Virus record (IMG/VR): IMGVR_UViG_3300025401_000012
DNA: 64,000 bases
DNA from: a virus
Lineage: Duplodnaviria; Caudoviricetes
Direction: 5' to 3' (one strand)
Below the pieces are notes generated by a model. The model was not told where the DNA came from. It ran no database searches and saw nothing but the letters and a program-made list of their open reading frames with translations. Made by a program: the position numbers and the translations under genes. Shown here one piece after another: positions 18,206 to 26,644 of the stretch; position 1 is the first letter of the stretch, and every line of letters starts with the position of its first letter.

Positions 18206-19285
18206 TTACTGATCAAAACCAATTAGTGCTACTACAACTTTTCCGTAAGGTACTGGAGTACTAAATTTCAAATAATAACCAGATCCTGATTGAGAACCTT
18301 CAGCGATAGTGATAGCTGTATTCACAGGTATAGAACCAGTAGGAGCATGATTCTGAGAAATACTAACCAATGCTCCAGTATTGGGATCAGTTATTGCAAC
18401 ACCAGTAAGAAGTGCTCCACTATAGATATTAGATCCGCTAACAGTTGCGCCAGTAAGAGGTACAGCTGGAAATACAGCCGGAGTGCTACCGCTTGCAGTA
18501 ACTGATCCTCCGTTTTGATAAGTTCCTGGATTAGTTGTTAATGCGTAAGTAACTGTAGTTGCTGTTGATCCAGTAACTGTAAATACTCCGTTAAACGCAC
18601 TAGGAGTTTGTCCAGACGAAGCAATACCTGCAACTGTTATTGTTGCGCCAATTGCAAATCCAGGTTGTGTAGAAACAGTATTTGATACTGTAACCGTAGC
18701 AACATTACTAGTCCAACTTGCTGAGGTCACATTTAAACTTGTATTAAAATACAATATTGATGATCCTGTGCCAGCAGCTACACTAAGAGATCCAATATAT
18801 GTTTCGCCGGCAATACTAGGATTTTGAACAACTGTGTAGTTGATATTGTTTAATTGTAAAACATTTTCAACTACTACTAAAATATTCTGGCCGCCCCAAG
18901 CTGCATTGGTACTGTATTGTCCGACTGAACTTCCTGTACCTGTTTGTACAACGCTAGGAGGTCCTGGATTCAACGGCCCAAAGTATAAATTTAATCCGTC
19001 ACCTGCTCCTAAATTTTGTTGTGTAATACCTGTAGACTCTTTATAGCGCAATGCTCTCCACGTTGGACTTGCACCTTGATATACTTCTACTTCGTTGTTT
19101 GAAGTATTATAACGCATCATTCCAACAACTGGACTACTTGGAACAGTTCCAGTTGTTCCGTTTGGTAAAATAACACTACCAGTGTTAACTGGGGCTAATA
19201 CTACATTCGTGTCTGTATAATCCACATACACACTTGTGTGATTAGCTGTTCTACGATTAATAGTTTGACGTTTTAAATATCTCAT
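18206..19285 (-). CDS. Virion structural protein (359 aa) with one inserted ~70-aa module
   Basis: ORF track; GMMRYNTSNNEVEVY motif shared with the fibre paralogues; overlaps the upstream stop (translational coupling). Confidence 0.85.
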   Translation of the reverse strand: MRYLKRQTINRRTANHTSVYVDYTDTNVVLAPVNTGSVILPNGTTGTVPSSPVVGMMRYNTSNNEVEVYQGASPTWRALRYKESTGITQQNLGAGDGLNLYFGPLNPGPPSVVQTGTGSSVGQYSTNAAWGGQNILVVVENVLQLNNINYTVVQNPSIAGETYIGSLSVAAGTGSSILYFNTSLNVTSASWTSNVATVTVSNTVSTQPGFAIGATITVAGIASSGQTPSAFNGVFTVTGSTATTVTYALTTNPGTYQNGGSVTASGSTPAVFPAVPLTGATVSGSNIYSGALLTGVAITDPNTGALVSISQNHAPTGSIPVNTAITIAEGSQSGSGYYLKFSTPVPYGKVVVALIGFDQ

Positions 19286-19638
19286 TATACTGCCAATGTG
19301 CTAATAACAATCGATACTGTTGACCCAGTACTAGCTACTGCTACCAATGTATCGTTATTACTCAATACTAATTTTTCTTGATCTAAACTTACAGTTTCGC
19401 CAGGTGGAATACTAAGTGCATTAACAATCATATTAGTTGCACTAGCAGATCCAACTGATCCTGCACTATTAGGAACAGCATACAATGTAACTGTTACTGT
19501 TGTGCTACCACTAGTATTACAAAGAATTATGCTGGTAATAGCATTACCTAATACAGGACTAGATGCTGTGCTTGTATAAACTGTATTATTTGATATTGGA
19601 CTTTGAAGTGTTTGTATTAGTGCCGCGGTTAATGCCAT
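19285..19638 (-). CDS. Small beta-rich virion protein (117 aa)
   Basis: ORF track; AGGA SD; paralogue of 14484..15044 without the insert. Confidence 0.85.
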   Translation of the reverse strand: MALTAALIQTLQSPISNNTVYTSTASSPVLGNAITSIILCNTSGSTTVTVTLYAVPNSAGSVGSASATNMIVNALSIPPGETVSLDQEKLVLSNNDTLVAVASTGSTVSIVISTLAV

Positions 19639-19647
19639 GATCTTTCC

Positions 19648-20688
19648 TTATAATAAAATACTTAGCGCAACTGCTCGACTTCTACTGACTAATTCGTCCG
19701 GTATTTGTGCGGCGCCAGCATTTGTAAAATACAATCCTGTTTTTCCTGGACCAATTGTAGATTTGCTATACAATGCGGTTGCAGAACTTGGGTAACTAGG
19801 ATTGCTTGTTTGATTGTCTAAATTTAAAACAGCATTAACTTCTACATTATTATTACTTGCTGTTAAAATTAAATTATTTGCACTTACATTAGAAATTGTG
19901 TCTTGATATAAATTTATATCATTTACAGTGACTCCTGCGGCACTGATAACAGCTTTAGTAACTTGACTAATTTGAAATACAATACTGCTGGCAAACGCTT
20001 CAATACTGCTAGTTGATGTAGAAATTGTACCAGTTGTTGGAAAATAAATTCTATCTACCGTTGCAACTCCACCTGTCGCTGCAACATATTTTGTTACAAA
20101 TCGTCTGTTAGGAATATAATTATTGTGGGTCGTTATAGTTTGGCCAGCCAATGGATCCATAGAATCTGCATAAGCTTCGCCTAATTGGCCACCAGTGGTG
20201 CCCGAATCGTTTCCAGTATTTACTAATGACAATGCATATCCTGTGTTTTGTAAATCAAACACAAAGTTAGTCGTACCTGAATTTGCTAAAGACGCTAGTT
20301 GTAATCCGCTTAACGTACCATCTGCTGTACGCATTACAAAAGTTCCAGCTACTGTACTAGAAGTTACTGGATTATAGTGATTAACTGTTTCATTAAATAA
20401 TAATTGAGCAGCACTATAATTTCCACGTTCAATTTCTATTCCCGAAACATAATTATTGGTACTACTGATACCATTACCAGTTTGTCCGTAATTAAGTTGA
20501 AGTATATTATCTTTGATTTCTGTATTAGTACTTTCTACATATGTAGTTGTACCCTTTACATCAAGATTACCGTATATAGTTACATTACCAATAGGTCCGA
20601 CACCAGCATTACTAGAATCTAGTATGATGTTTCCACCTGCGGTTACTTGTATTCTGTAGTCCCCGTTGACTTGAGTAATTCTTGACAT
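19648..20688 (-). CDS. Virion structural/fibre-like protein (346 aa)
   Basis: ORF track; GNLDVKGTTTYVESTNTEIKDNILQLN and SGIEIERG motifs typical of phage fibre-like proteins. Confidence 0.82.
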   Translation of the reverse strand: MSRITQVNGDYRIQVTAGGNIILDSSNAGVGPIGNVTIYGNLDVKGTTTYVESTNTEIKDNILQLNYGQTGNGISSTNNYVSGIEIERGNYSAAQLLFNETVNHYNPVTSSTVAGTFVMRTADGTLSGLQLASLANSGTTNFVFDLQNTGYALSLVNTGNDSGTTGGQLGEAYADSMDPLAGQTITTHNNYIPNRRFVTKYVAATGGVATVDRIYFPTTGTISTSTSSIEAFASSIVFQISQVTKAVISAAGVTVNDINLYQDTISNVSANNLILTASNNNVEVNAVLNLDNQTSNPSYPSSATALYSKSTIGPGKTGLYFTNAGAAQIPDELVSRSRAVALSILL

Positions 20689-20709
20689 TTAAAATCCTAT
20701 AAGGTTAAT

Positions 20710-20727
20710 GGAGCCCCGAAGGGCTCC
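20710..20727 (-). terminator. GC-rich hairpin with cUUCGg loop (terminator/stabiliser)
   Basis: GGAGCCC-TTCG-GGGCTCC on the minus strand just after the stop of 20738..21724; weak U-tract. Confidence 0.65.
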
Positions 20728-20737
20728 TACTTAACTA

Positions 20738-21724
20738 TTAGATGTTATCTAACTGTACTTGTGTTGCTACACCACCTGTGAAGTTCCAAACAACTTGAGT
20801 TTGTGTTGGGAATGTCCAAGGACCTGCACCAGAACGGATCAATGTTGCTTTACGATTAGTAAGTTTTTGAACCCAATATGTTCCTCCGCTAGTATCTGTA
20901 GCATTAATAGCCATTTGTCCAGCAGATGCAGGAGTTGTTGTTACTAATTTGCAGAATGTGCCAGGGTGTACATTAGAGTCTTGATTGATAACTCTAAAAC
21001 TACGTGAACCTTCTTGTTTAGCAATATCACTATATTGTCGAACTGTTGAACCAGTTGTAATAGCATAACATACAATACTTGGATAATCTGCATTTGTACT
21101 GTAACCACTTGTTACTTCAGCATCTAATGTAATTGTAGCTGCAGCAGTACCGCTTGATACTGTAATTGTTAATGGACTTTGAGCTGGAGCATAACCAGCG
21201 CCTGAATCAGTAAGTGTAACACCCAACATACCATATGTAACTGTTAATAATACTCCAGCACCTGTTGATCCTTGAGTTGTAGTTAATGTAGTAGCTTGTC
21301 CGCCAGTTGACCCGCCTGTAAATGATCCAGCACTTGCGCCTGTGCCTGTAAAATTAACTGTAGCAACATTGTTACCAGATAATGTAGCAACATAAGCTGT
21401 AGCTGTACCATAAGCAGTTGTAAATGTTAACAAGTCTCCTACGTGGTAAGTGCCAGTTTGAGTTCCGCTAACTGTAGCGGAAATTGCTTTACCTACAAAT
21501 GTACCAGTTGCAGTTGCAGCTGTAATACCTTCACTACCTGTCGGTGTTGGAAATGTTAAACCTGGAAATGCTGTTGTGTATGATCCAACATTACTAACTG
21601 TTACACCCAATTGATTAACACCTGTACCAGCTAGTTTAGCTGTTGGATCTACTGATCGACGAAATGAGCCAGTAACTCCGGCATTTCTGCCACCAAAATA
21701 TTTCTTATTTAAAGGACGTCCCAT
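20738..21724 (-). CDS. Thr/Gly-rich virion protein (328 aa; MGRPLNKKYFG N-terminus)
   Basis: ORF track; AAGGAG SD; own late promoter. Confidence 0.85.
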   Translation of the reverse strand: MGRPLNKKYFGGRNAGVTGSFRRSVDPTAKLAGTGVNQLGVTVSNVGSYTTAFPGLTFPTPTGSEGITAATATGTFVGKAISATVSGTQTGTYHVGDLLTFTTAYGTATAYVATLSGNNVATVNFTGTGASAGSFTGGSTGGQATTLTTTQGSTGAGVLLTVTYGMLGVTLTDSGAGYAPAQSPLTITVSSGTAAATITLDAEVTSGYSTNADYPSIVCYAITTGSTVRQYSDIAKQEGSRSFRVINQDSNVHPGTFCKLVTTTPASAGQMAINATDTSGGTYWVQKLTNRKATLIRSGAGPWTFPTQTQVVWNFTGGVATQVQLDNI

Positions 21725-21732
21725 TTTATTTT

Positions 21733-21808
21733 CTCCTTATGAAAACACGGCGTTCTAGGCCGTACGCGGTTGGATTTCCGCATAAAATCCACCCCATGTG
21801 GATCGTAC
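21733..21808 (-). promoter_or_regulatory. Structured 5' leader with possible pseudoknot (candidate cis-regulatory RNA)
   Basis: ATCCAC/GTGGAT, TATGCGG/CCGCGTA, GGATTT/AAATCC and ACGGC/GCCGT pairings within 60 nt. Confidence 0.6.
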
Positions 21809-21812
21809 TATG

Positions 21813-21819
21813 TATTTAT
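21813..21819 (-). promoter_or_regulatory. T4-type late promoter ATAAATA overlapping the upstream stop codon
   Basis: CATAAATAC; its TAA is the stop of 21816..22403. Confidence 0.75.
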
Positions 21820-22403
21820 GCGTAGGTAATTCTTAAGCTGGCTTGGTCAAGATAACAAATATCTCTATGCGGATATATTGGATTACTACTAAAACTTACT
21901 GCAACACCAAATGTAGGATTTGCTATATCAGCACTAGTAAGTCCTGTTGTTCCCCATAGGTCTGTAGAACTACCGTACACATTAAGATCCCCTACAGGGT
22001 GCAATGGTATAGTGAAATCTCCAGTATACATATCACTTTGTACTACGTTAACTCCGCTTGCATAATTATCGCCAATAAGTTGACCATTAAGTGTTAATTG
22101 TATTAATAAATCTTGTATTCTAGCTGAACGTTGTATATTGAGTTGAAGTTCTATGCCTGTTACAGGTTTACCTGTATTAGGAAATTTATATCCTGTACAC
22201 CACAATTGGCTTGTATTACTTAAAAACTTTTCCATCCATATTCCGCTGATTGTGTAAAGAGGTTTACTGCTAGTAGCGTACGATCCTGGAGCAATTGCTG
22301 TAGGATCAAATATCCAATCGATACTAGAATTTTGTGGAACTATAGTGTTAGGAACTGATACATTAGCAATAGTAGTTGGAAATAAAAATTGTGTAGTAGT
22401 CAT
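21816..22403 (-). CDS. Hypothetical late protein (195 aa, likely beta-sandwich; possible head decoration by position)
   Basis: ORF track frame; start moved to ATG 22403 (MTTTQF) because the track start lies upstream of the GTAAATA promoter; immediately downstream of the capsid gene. Confidence 0.75.
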   Translation of the reverse strand: MTTTQFLFPTTIANVSVPNTIVPQNSSIDWIFDPTAIAPGSYATSSKPLYTISGIWMEKFLSNTSQLWCTGYKFPNTGKPVTGIELQLNIQRSARIQDLLIQLTLNGQLIGDNYASGVNVVQSDMYTGDFTIPLHPVGDLNVYGSSTDLWGTTGLTSADIANPTFGVAVSFSSNPIYPHRDICYLDQASLRITYA

Positions 22404-22407
22404 ATTA

Positions 22408-22414
22408 TATTTAC
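22408..22414 (-). promoter_or_regulatory. Late promoter variant GTAAATA
   Basis: GTAAATATAATATG directly abutting the start codon. Confidence 0.65.
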
Positions 22415-22421
22415 CCAAACA

Positions 22422-22445
22422 AAAAGGACTCCGAAGAGTCCTTTT
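22422..22445 (-). terminator. Intrinsic terminator after the major capsid gene (bidirectional-type)
   Basis: AAAAGGACTC-TTCG-GAGTCCTTTT perfect stem with UUCG loop and U-tract on the minus strand. Confidence 0.85.
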
Positions 22446-22476
22446 GTTTTACTAATATTTCTATTAGGTTATCAAA

Positions 22477-23652
22477 TTAACTAAACTTAACGTTAGCTGA
22501 AGTGATTCCAACTAGACCTAAGTAGTCAGCTGCATTACCTAAAGAACTTGCTGTGTTTGACAACTCAACATAACCATAACGTGTCATGAATGAAACGACT
22601 GGTTCGAATGTTGATGGATCAAGAACAACACCACTGCTCATCAATGGAATGTATGGGCAATAGAAAGCAGGAGCATCAGATTCTGAAGCACCTTTGTATC
22701 CAATTAGGATACTTGCTGTATCTTGAGCGTAGCTGTTAACATAAATCTTCATAGCACCGTTCAATGTACCAACAAATTTAGTATTTGTTGGGGCTTCGAA
22801 TGTACCTTCTGTTGTACGAGCAAATGCGCTAGTAGTAGCAGATTGTAGAATTGTTAAAGCAAATGGTGATACAACAGCGTAGTTACCAGCACCACGACGT
22901 GTACGTTGAGCGATCAAGTTGCTTACGCGATTGATCTGAACTGCAAGAGCAGCATGCTCGTCACCGACGAATGTAGCTGTACCAGAAACTTGTGATTGAT
23001 CATAAGTTTGTGTAGCTGTACCAGCTAATGTTGTTAGAGATGCAATGATCTCTTGGTCAATTTCAGCTGTGATTTCTTGAGCCAATGCAGCCATAACTTC
23101 AGCTTCAACGTCAATACCTTGTTGGGCTTGTGCGTCTTGTGCTGACTCAAATGTCCAGCGAGCAGACAATTTACGAGTTTTAGCTTCAACTGTTTGTTTC
23201 AAAATTTGGATACTCATTCTGTTACCAGCTTGGCCTTCTAAAGTAGCTGTTGAAGCTGCTTTAGCTGCTGCATCACTAGTGTTACCAGAATAAGAAGCCG
23301 CAATCTTGAATGGGCTTAATGCCTCTTCACCGGCTAGCACGTTAGCACCAGCAGATGTATCAGCATAACGCACACGCAAAGTGTGAATTTGACCGACTGG
23401 ACCAGTCATAGGTTGTACACCAACTAGTTCATTAGCAATGACTGTAGGCATAACGCGGCGGATTACTGGAAGAATCACGCGATTTAATGTTGCAACGTTA
23501 CCAGCAGAAGTAGCACCAGCAGTTGGACTTTCCATCAAATACTTGCGAGTATTCTCAAGGGTTACACCCATTACTGATTTTTTAGTGCCTTGTAAGCCTT
23601 CTAATAGGGCTTCCTTAGTTTCTGCCCAACGTCCGTTTAATAGTTCTGACAT
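22477..23652 (-). CDS. gp23: Major capsid protein, T4 gp23-like (391 aa)
   Basis: LPVIRRVMPTVIANELVGVQPMTGPVGQIHTLR, KTRKLSARWTFE...QD, EITAEIDQEII, FYCPYIPL, MTRYG motifs. Confidence 0.97.
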   Translation of the reverse strand: MSELLNGRWAETKEALLEGLQGTKKSVMGVTLENTRKYLMESPTAGATSAGNVATLNRVILPVIRRVMPTVIANELVGVQPMTGPVGQIHTLRVRYADTSAGANVLAGEEALSPFKIAASYSGNTSDAAAKAASTATLEGQAGNRMSIQILKQTVEAKTRKLSARWTFESAQDAQAQQGIDVEAEVMAALAQEITAEIDQEIIASLTTLAGTATQTYDQSQVSGTATFVGDEHAALAVQINRVSNLIAQRTRRGAGNYAVVSPFALTILQSATTSAFARTTEGTFEAPTNTKFVGTLNGAMKIYVNSYAQDTASILIGYKGASESDAPAFYCPYIPLMSSGVVLDPSTFEPVVSFMTRYGYVELSNTASSLGNAADYLGLVGITSANVKFS

Positions 23653-23663
23653 TTAAATTCTCC

Positions 23664-24755
23664 TTAAATTTTTAGTCCAGCAAGTTTACGGATATCATAG
23701 ATATCAGCTGACCCGCTGCTATTTGTGGTGTTGGAAATCTTATTTCCGGTTATTTCTTTAGCCTCTACTAGTGCCTGTTTCTTCTGCGGAGCCTTACCAT
23801 TAATTACTGATGGCAAGTACTTTTCAAAACTTTCGTTTAGACGTTCTGTTTTCACAGTCTCCATTAACTCTTTCATGATTTCACGTTGCTCACTGTTAAG
23901 TGGAGCAAGTAACTCACTCATGATTTCTTTTCTTGTTTGACTCTCTTTAAGAGTACGGATTTGAGCTTCTTTACTTTCTAAAATTTGTTCTGCTTTGATA
24001 ACAGCCTGAGCTGCTTCTTGCATTGCTTGATCTTTCAAGTCTATGACTTTGAGTAATTTTGCTGTTTCCGATTTTTCATTTAGGTAAGACGCTTGGTATT
24101 CTGTAGCAAAAGCTTCGAATAATTTGCGACCAAAATCTGCACGGCGAGCTGCTTCGATATCTTCTTTCAATGCGTGAATTTCAGAATTTAAATTCTGAGT
24201 CACTACTGATTCGACCATCTGAGCTGCACGTTGTACAAACTGTTGTTTTACCTTCTTGATTTCTTCACGACCTTCGCGAACTAAGCGTACCTTAGTTTCA
24301 GCTAGATCCTTTTTATCTTGTGTAAATTCTGTGATTTCTTGAGCTAGAGCCTCAACTACAAATTGTTCTAATTTGCCAAATTTACTTGCCATTGCTACTT
24401 GATCTTCGTGTAATTCACGAACTTCTGAAGCTAGTTGACGAGTAACAAATTCCTTCATTACTCCAGCCATCTTCTTACGTTCTTGTACTAGCTTAACTTT
24501 CATTTCAGCTAATTGTTTACGATCATCTGCAAATTCGACAATCTCAGCAGCTAGTTGTTCTGAGATCATGCGATCTACAGCTTCAACCATTGTGTTCTTA
24601 TCGTGTTCGTATTTTTGTGCGAATTCTTCGCGTAGTTGTTGAGCAGCAACTTCTTTAGCTTCGTTAATCTTAGCTGCAAATGCTGACTCAATTGACTCTT
24701 TGATCTCTTCAGAAATCACATTATTTTCAAATAAACTTTTTAGTGCATCCAACAT
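23664..24755 (-). CDS. gp22: Prohead core scaffold protein, gp22-like (363 aa)
   Basis: Coiled-coil, Glu/Lys-rich; position between protease and capsid genes; GGAG SD. Confidence 0.85.
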   Translation of the reverse strand: MLDALKSLFENNVISEEIKESIESAFAAKINEAKEVAAQQLREEFAQKYEHDKNTMVEAVDRMISEQLAAEIVEFADDRKQLAEMKVKLVQERKKMAGVMKEFVTRQLASEVRELHEDQVAMASKFGKLEQFVVEALAQEITEFTQDKKDLAETKVRLVREGREEIKKVKQQFVQRAAQMVESVVTQNLNSEIHALKEDIEAARRADFGRKLFEAFATEYQASYLNEKSETAKLLKVIDLKDQAMQEAAQAVIKAEQILESKEAQIRTLKESQTRKEIMSELLAPLNSEQREIMKELMETVKTERLNESFEKYLPSVINGKAPQKKQALVEAKEITGNKISNTTNSSGSADIYDIRKLAGLKI

Positions 24756-24768
24756 GTGATTCTCCTTA

Positions 24769-25404
24769 TTATTGGAGTTTGTTTATTATTGCTAATAAAC
24801 TCTCTTTGAGATATTTCTGTGCTTTAGGATCGCCTTTCACCTCTTGCGCTATACGTAAGGCATTTAATCCGCCCTTATTATTCATAAGATGTTCATAAAT
24901 TGGTGTAGGATATGCTCCAGGAGCACTAGGTTGAGCTACCATATCTACTGTGATAATCTCAAAATCTGATACTTCACCGGATCCGTCATCTCTGACGTTT
25001 CCGGATCCGCGACTTGAAACACCTAACTTTACTCCGCTTTCTAGCATTGTACGAATTAGTTGTCCCATTGGTGTTGGAAGTATTTTCAACTTCCCGTAAC
25101 CGTTTGGACCGTCCATCCACATATTAACTATCATATGGCTGACACGGTCCAGGTTAATTTTTAGATCATCTGGATGATCCACTTCTCCGAGAACTGAATA
25201 ACCGTTTTGAATCTGATCGTTAAGGGTCTTAACAGCCTTGCCAATTTCATTAACAGGATAAACACGCTGGTTAGCGTTACGTATACCGCCTTGGATACAA
25301 ATCCCAGACATGTATAAGTTTTTTCCTTCTTTGTCATCAGATTCAACGATCATTTTTGCTTCGTTGAAACTGAGATTCTCTCGGAGGTATAACATATTTT
25401 TCAA
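24769..25404 (-). CDS. gp21: Prohead core protease, gp21-like (211 aa)
   Basis: GI-x-IQG...NANQRVYP, GEVDHP, GVSSRGSG (catalytic Ser), DMVAQPSAPGAYP. Confidence 0.95.
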   Translation of the reverse strand: MKNMLYLRENLSFNEAKMIVESDDKEGKNLYMSGICIQGGIRNANQRVYPVNEIGKAVKTLNDQIQNGYSVLGEVDHPDDLKINLDRVSHMIVNMWMDGPNGYGKLKILPTPMGQLIRTMLESGVKLGVSSRGSGNVRDDGSGEVSDFEIITVDMVAQPSAPGAYPTPIYEHLMNNKGGLNALRIAQEVKGDPKAQKYLKESLLAIINKLQ

Positions 25405-25411
25405 TTAGTTA

Positions 25412-26287
25412 TTAACGAACTTTGGTACTAATCAAAGATTTAGCGCTAACTGATTTCTCACCAGCACCTTTCTTTTCTGGACCATGTCCAGGTTCTTTCT
25501 TAGTAAAACCTTTTTTGCCAGCATTGCCACCTGGAACATTTAAGTTACCAGCAGCATCTGGATTTGGTGTTACTTTAGGACTAGCTAACCCGCCTTGTGT
25601 ACCACCGCTTGTTGTACTAAAACTTTGTGCAATGTTCTTTGCAGAACCGCCCATATCATTTTTCATATTGTCAATAGTTGACTTTGTATTAACGCCGTTA
25701 TCACCGTGTTTTGGTAGTGGTACTTTGTTAACATACTCGTTCATGTGGTGGTGAACATGGTGCATTACACCTTCTTCTTCCTCTTCCTCATGCTCGCCAG
25801 CACCCATTAAATCAGCTTCTATGTCAGCTGCATGCACGTCACCGTGATGTCCTGGGTCCATTTCTTCTTCGTGTTCTTCGCCTTGTAGCAATTGTTCAAA
25901 TTCTGCTTTTAGGTCTTCTAATGCGTCTTCTAGGTCCATAACGCGATCTTCAATATCGCCTTCACCCTCGCCGTCTTCTTCGCCTTCTTCGTCACCGAAT
26001 GCTGGCTCTTCACCATCTTCTTCACCGTCGTCTTCTGCATCATCTTCTGCATCATCTTCTGGCTCTTCTTCGCCTTCTTCATCACCTACTGATTCTTCTT
26101 CCTCTTCTTCCTCTTCATGTTTCTTGTAAGGATTTCCAGAGTCTTGATTGAAATCAGATTCTAATAATTCTTCGTAGATTTCACGGCTTTTGCCTACTAC
26201 GATATTATGGAAAATTTCTTTTGCTGTTTCTTGATCTTCATTGATCAAAGCTTCTAGCATTGCTTCAAATTGAGCGCGGTCAGTCAT
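25412..26287 (-). CDS. Highly acidic prohead-core/internal protein (291 aa; gp67/gp68 positional equivalent)
   Basis: ORF track; poly-Glu/Asp tracts; located between portal and protease as T4 gp67/gp68 are; GGAG SD. Confidence 0.75.
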   Translation of the reverse strand: MTDRAQFEAMLEALINEDQETAKEIFHNIVVGKSREIYEELLESDFNQDSGNPYKKHEEEEEEEESVGDEEGEEEPEDDAEDDAEDDGEEDGEEPAFGDEEGEEDGEGEGDIEDRVMDLEDALEDLKAEFEQLLQGEEHEEEMDPGHHGDVHAADIEADLMGAGEHEEEEEEGVMHHVHHHMNEYVNKVPLPKHGDNGVNTKSTIDNMKNDMGGSAKNIAQSFSTTSGGTQGGLASPKVTPNPDAAGNLNVPGGNAGKKGFTKKEPGHGPEKKGAGEKSVSAKSLISTKVR

Positions 26288-26323
26288 GTTTAATCTCCTG
26301 TGATATGGTTCAAGGCTGTCTAT

Positions 26324-26330
26324 TATTTAC
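26324..26330 (-). promoter_or_regulatory. Late promoter variant GTAAATA for the prohead/capsid operon
   Basis: GTAAATAATAG ~37 nt before ATG 26287. Confidence 0.6.
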
Positions 26331-26357
26331 ACTTTTATTAAAAAAGAGTATGGATAT

Positions 26358-26383
26358 AGGCAAAAAACGACCTTTTTTAGCCT
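26358..26383 (-). terminator. Weak hairpin, terminator-like
   Basis: Minus strand AGGC-T-AAAAAA-GGTCG-TTTTTT-GCCT directly after the stop at 26391. Confidence 0.4.
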
Positions 26384-26390
26384 TTTTTTG

Positions 26391-26633
26391 TTATTGTGCA
26401 GGTGCTGCCGGTGGAGCAGCGTACATCGAATGAATAAATTCTAATTCGCTTTCTTGTTCTAGTATATGTGCTTCTGTACTTTTACGTAGTTCGTTAATTT
26501 GTCTTAATGTTAATCTAGTCTTACGTGTATCGTCTCGATGTAAAACGCTCGAGTCACGGGTTGGCTCGTATCGCAAATCATTTGCTACATGCCTTGTATC
26601 TGGATCAATATAAAACAATTCTCTTAAAATCAT
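26391..26633 (-). CDS. Small head-module protein (80 aa, MILRELF...RLTLRQINELRK)
   Basis: ORF track frame; true ATG at 26633, 4 nt after ATAAATA; the track's upstream extension overlaps the portal gene. Confidence 0.8.
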   Translation of the reverse strand: MILRELFYIDPDTRHVANDLRYEPTRDSSVLHRDDTRKTRLTLRQINELRKSTEAHILEQESELEFIHSMYAAPPAAPAQ

Positions 26634-26637
26634 ATTA

Positions 26638-26644
26638 TATTTAT
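26638..26644 (-). promoter_or_regulatory. Late promoter ATAAATA overlapping the portal stop
   Basis: CATAAATATAATATG. Confidence 0.7.
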
